From assembly GCA_009103225.1 (NCBI GenBank), contig RHPI01001056.1, positions 1 to 64,000 on the forward strand: DNA of 64,000 nucleotides, written 5' to 3'. Both the position numbers and the translations under genes were made by a program. A model generated the notes under the pieces. That model was not told where the DNA came from, ran no database searches, and saw nothing but the letters and a program-made list of their open reading frames with translations. How positions within the stretch are numbered: the stretch's first letter is position 1; each line of letters opens with the position of its first letter. This document shows positions 61,951-64,000 of this stretch, in pieces. Source of the stretch: Chlorokybus atmophyticus. Its lineage: Eukaryota > Plantae > Mesostigma and Chlorokybus algae.

Positions 61951-63013
61951 GTACATACACACATGAATCAGTTGTTTCGCAATAAACCTACCCTCGCACG
62001 CGCATGCGCACGCGCACAGGCACAACGAGCGCACCCTCATAATGGTGGCGAGCATGGGCAGGTGGGGCGGGATACTGCTTGCGTACGCGGAGCCTTCACT
62101 ACACACCTCTGTCTTCTCAGTAGCGGGCTGCTGATTGCCAGCTTGCGGAGCAGTCCGTGTACCTGCATGTGTGCGTGCACGTGAGCGCATGCACGTGTGC
62201 CTGCCCATTCACGTGTGCGTGCGCGCATGCCTGTAAGTGTGTGCACATCTCTCTTTAAGGAGGAAGAGGTGGGTGCCAGGGGGGCCAACACCTCCTCACT
62301 GGCATAGTGTACACGCAGAACTGACTCAGCCAGTTCTGCCTGCAGCAACTGGCTCATGGGCCGCACCGTTTAGTGCGGCCCAGTAGCCAATAAGCCAACT
62401 GCAACACAAAGTGTGTGTATGTGTGTACATGCATGCGTGCATGGTGAAGTTTGCATGCCCATGGGCATGCGCTTGCGCGTGCATGTACGTATGCGCACAT
62501 ATCCTCCCCTTCCCCCCCGCTTACCTTGAGACCCTGCAGTCAGCGCAAAACTGTGGGGGAACAAAGAGGCAGAAATACCTAAGCACAGCACCGGATTGCC
62601 CACCCGTTCGACCTGTGGGAGTGATAGCTCGCACGCGTCAGTACTCAGGTGCTGATGCCATAGCACACACAAACCTTGCCGCAAGGCTTGTGTGCACTAT
62701 ATGAGCACACGGAGTTAATTACAATGTGCGCACTGCTTGTATGTTTGCATGTAAGGGTGAAGCATGGCGTAGAGAGAGGGCACACCCACGTGCATATAGG
62801 GAGGTATTAAGTGTGCATACAAATGTAATAGCATGTGCTCAAGCATATGCATTCCTGAGCGTACAGCTGAGCATTACCGCCTGAGCGTCTGCCTTCTTGG
62901 CTCGCTGTCATCTGCGCCACGTGTTGCCCAACGGCAGCCTGCAGCACCCTGCGTATTACATCATGGAGCAGCATTGTTCATAGTCGGACGCAGTCTTGGC
63001 AATTCTAGGCAGC

Positions 63014-63290
63014 CGCCTATGACTTTTGGAATGTAGTGATCAGTTGGTCACTAGATTTCAGAAGTTATAGGCGGCTGTCTGGCTTGATCATTGGCTCGTA
63101 GGCCGCACCAGTCAGCGCGGTCTGAGCCAGCTTTATAGGCTGCACTGGACAGCCTATGAGGCTACGCTATCAAGTGCAGGTAGCCAACAGCTGTGTGTAT
63201 GTGTGCTTGCGTGCTTGCATGCGCATGCCTGTGTGGACAGTGCTATAGGTCTATGAGACAATTGTAACAAGTGTGTGTATGTTTGTACGT
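63014..63290. repeat. Palindrome-rich dispersed repeat, copy 2
   Basis: Homologous to 61656-61950; starts with a ~70-nt hairpin CAGCCGCCTATGACTT...AAGTTATAGGCGGCTG. Confidence 0.75.
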
Positions 63291-63484
63291 GCATGCATGT
63301 GTGCCAAGAGCCCGCAAGAAAATAAGACAGTAAGAGAACATGCATCTTGCACGCACATGCCCGCGTGCGTGCACTTACACTTGCGCGTGTGTATGCGAAC
63401 GCATGCATGGGTGCGTGCGTGCTTGCTAAGTGCTTGATCATGCACACCTGTTCATAGGTCCACCGCCAATGTTCCACGTCAGCT

Positions 63485-63772
63485 TCAGACCTTCATTGTC
63501 GATCTCCAGGGTTCCCTAAGCCTAGGTAAATACTTGAGCTGCTCTGTTACACCTTTATGCTTGCTAAGTGCTTCACCGACAACTAATGGTGGCGCGTTGA
63601 TCATGTCTTCCAGAGGCAGGTCCGCATGCAGCTTCATCAAAGCGCATGCGTCCACGTCCAGCTGGCGCTGCACACTGATAGCAGAAAAAGCGTCCTCGGG
63701 TGCCGCATGCTCTTCATCCTGACAGGATGAGGAGCATGCGGCACCCAAAGAGGGCGTGTCGCAGACGTCCAC
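63485..63772 (-). CDS. Exon of an unidentified minus-strand gene or pseudogene
   Basis: 95-aa open frame ending at a GT donor (AAG|GTCTGA); other possible exons at ~62240-62370 and ~62530-62660. No family recognised. Confidence 0.3.
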   Translation of the reverse strand: MDVCDTPSLGAACSSSCQDEEHAAPEDAFSAISVQRQLDVDACALMKLHADLPLEDMINAPPLVVGEALSKHKGVTEQLKYLPRLREPWRSTMKV

Positions 63773-64000
63773 GATGACAGCTGAGCCTCAGCTGCCGGCG
63801 GCCGCATGTCACCTTCAGTGAGCCGAAGGGGCCAATAACAGCGCCTGAGCACACAAACATGGTGGTGAGACTTTGTGAGAGACTAAATACGATGGCCCAT
63901 CATTCGATGAGGAAGTGAGTGAGTGCGGGTGTCCACAAGTGAGTCAGTAATGGGATGAGTGAGTGCAGGGTGAGTGAGTGAGAGAGTAAAGAAGTAAGCG

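Larger units (their letters stand above)
60371..64000. mobile_element. Left end of a CMC/EnSpm-like DNA transposon (CACACGGA...), internal extent uncertain
   Basis: CAC terminus followed by a dense GGACC/GGTCC palindromic array (60385-60720) like 2630-3004. Shares CGGAATTTT and CCCCAAAAAAC motifs with it. Confidence 0.45.

Overview
Eukaryotic, intron-rich window, most likely from a green alga. The eIF3h and ABCG7-like proteins closely resemble land-plant orthologues, which suggests an early streptophyte (inference). Three zones: (1) TE island at 1-18.5 kb: right end of a CMC/EnSpm-like DNA transposon, a decayed pogo transposase, an 11.1-kb Ty3/Gypsy retrotransposon, a tRNA-like fragment and a 508-bp TRIM. 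(2) Genic block at 20-53.7 kb: LEA/dehydrin-like gene, GT4-GT2 glycosyltransferase, unknown protein, eIF3h, Rpr2/Rpp21-domain gene, ABCG half-transporter, and a secreted GSDH-PKD-3xLamG-proline-rich protein. (3) TE island at 55-64 kb: decayed DIRS-type RT/RNaseH/Dam-like MT, a spliced zinc-ribbon gene, and the left end of another CMC-like element. The standout is the Gypsy element (4862-15977, TSD AATG). It encodes a DDE integrase, a C5 cytosine methyltransferase between protease and RT, and a C-terminal PHD finger. It lacks normal paired LTRs and instead has split direct repeats A-internal-B-A-B, as in tyrosine-recombinase PAT/Ngaro elements. It also has an 11-nt self-priming PBS, a 15-bp repeat at both priming sites, and a palindromic GACA-GC-TGTC junction. 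Together these suggest integration of a circular cDNA opened at an internal att site. All coordinates, splice models and identity counts were made by eye; no database searches were run.
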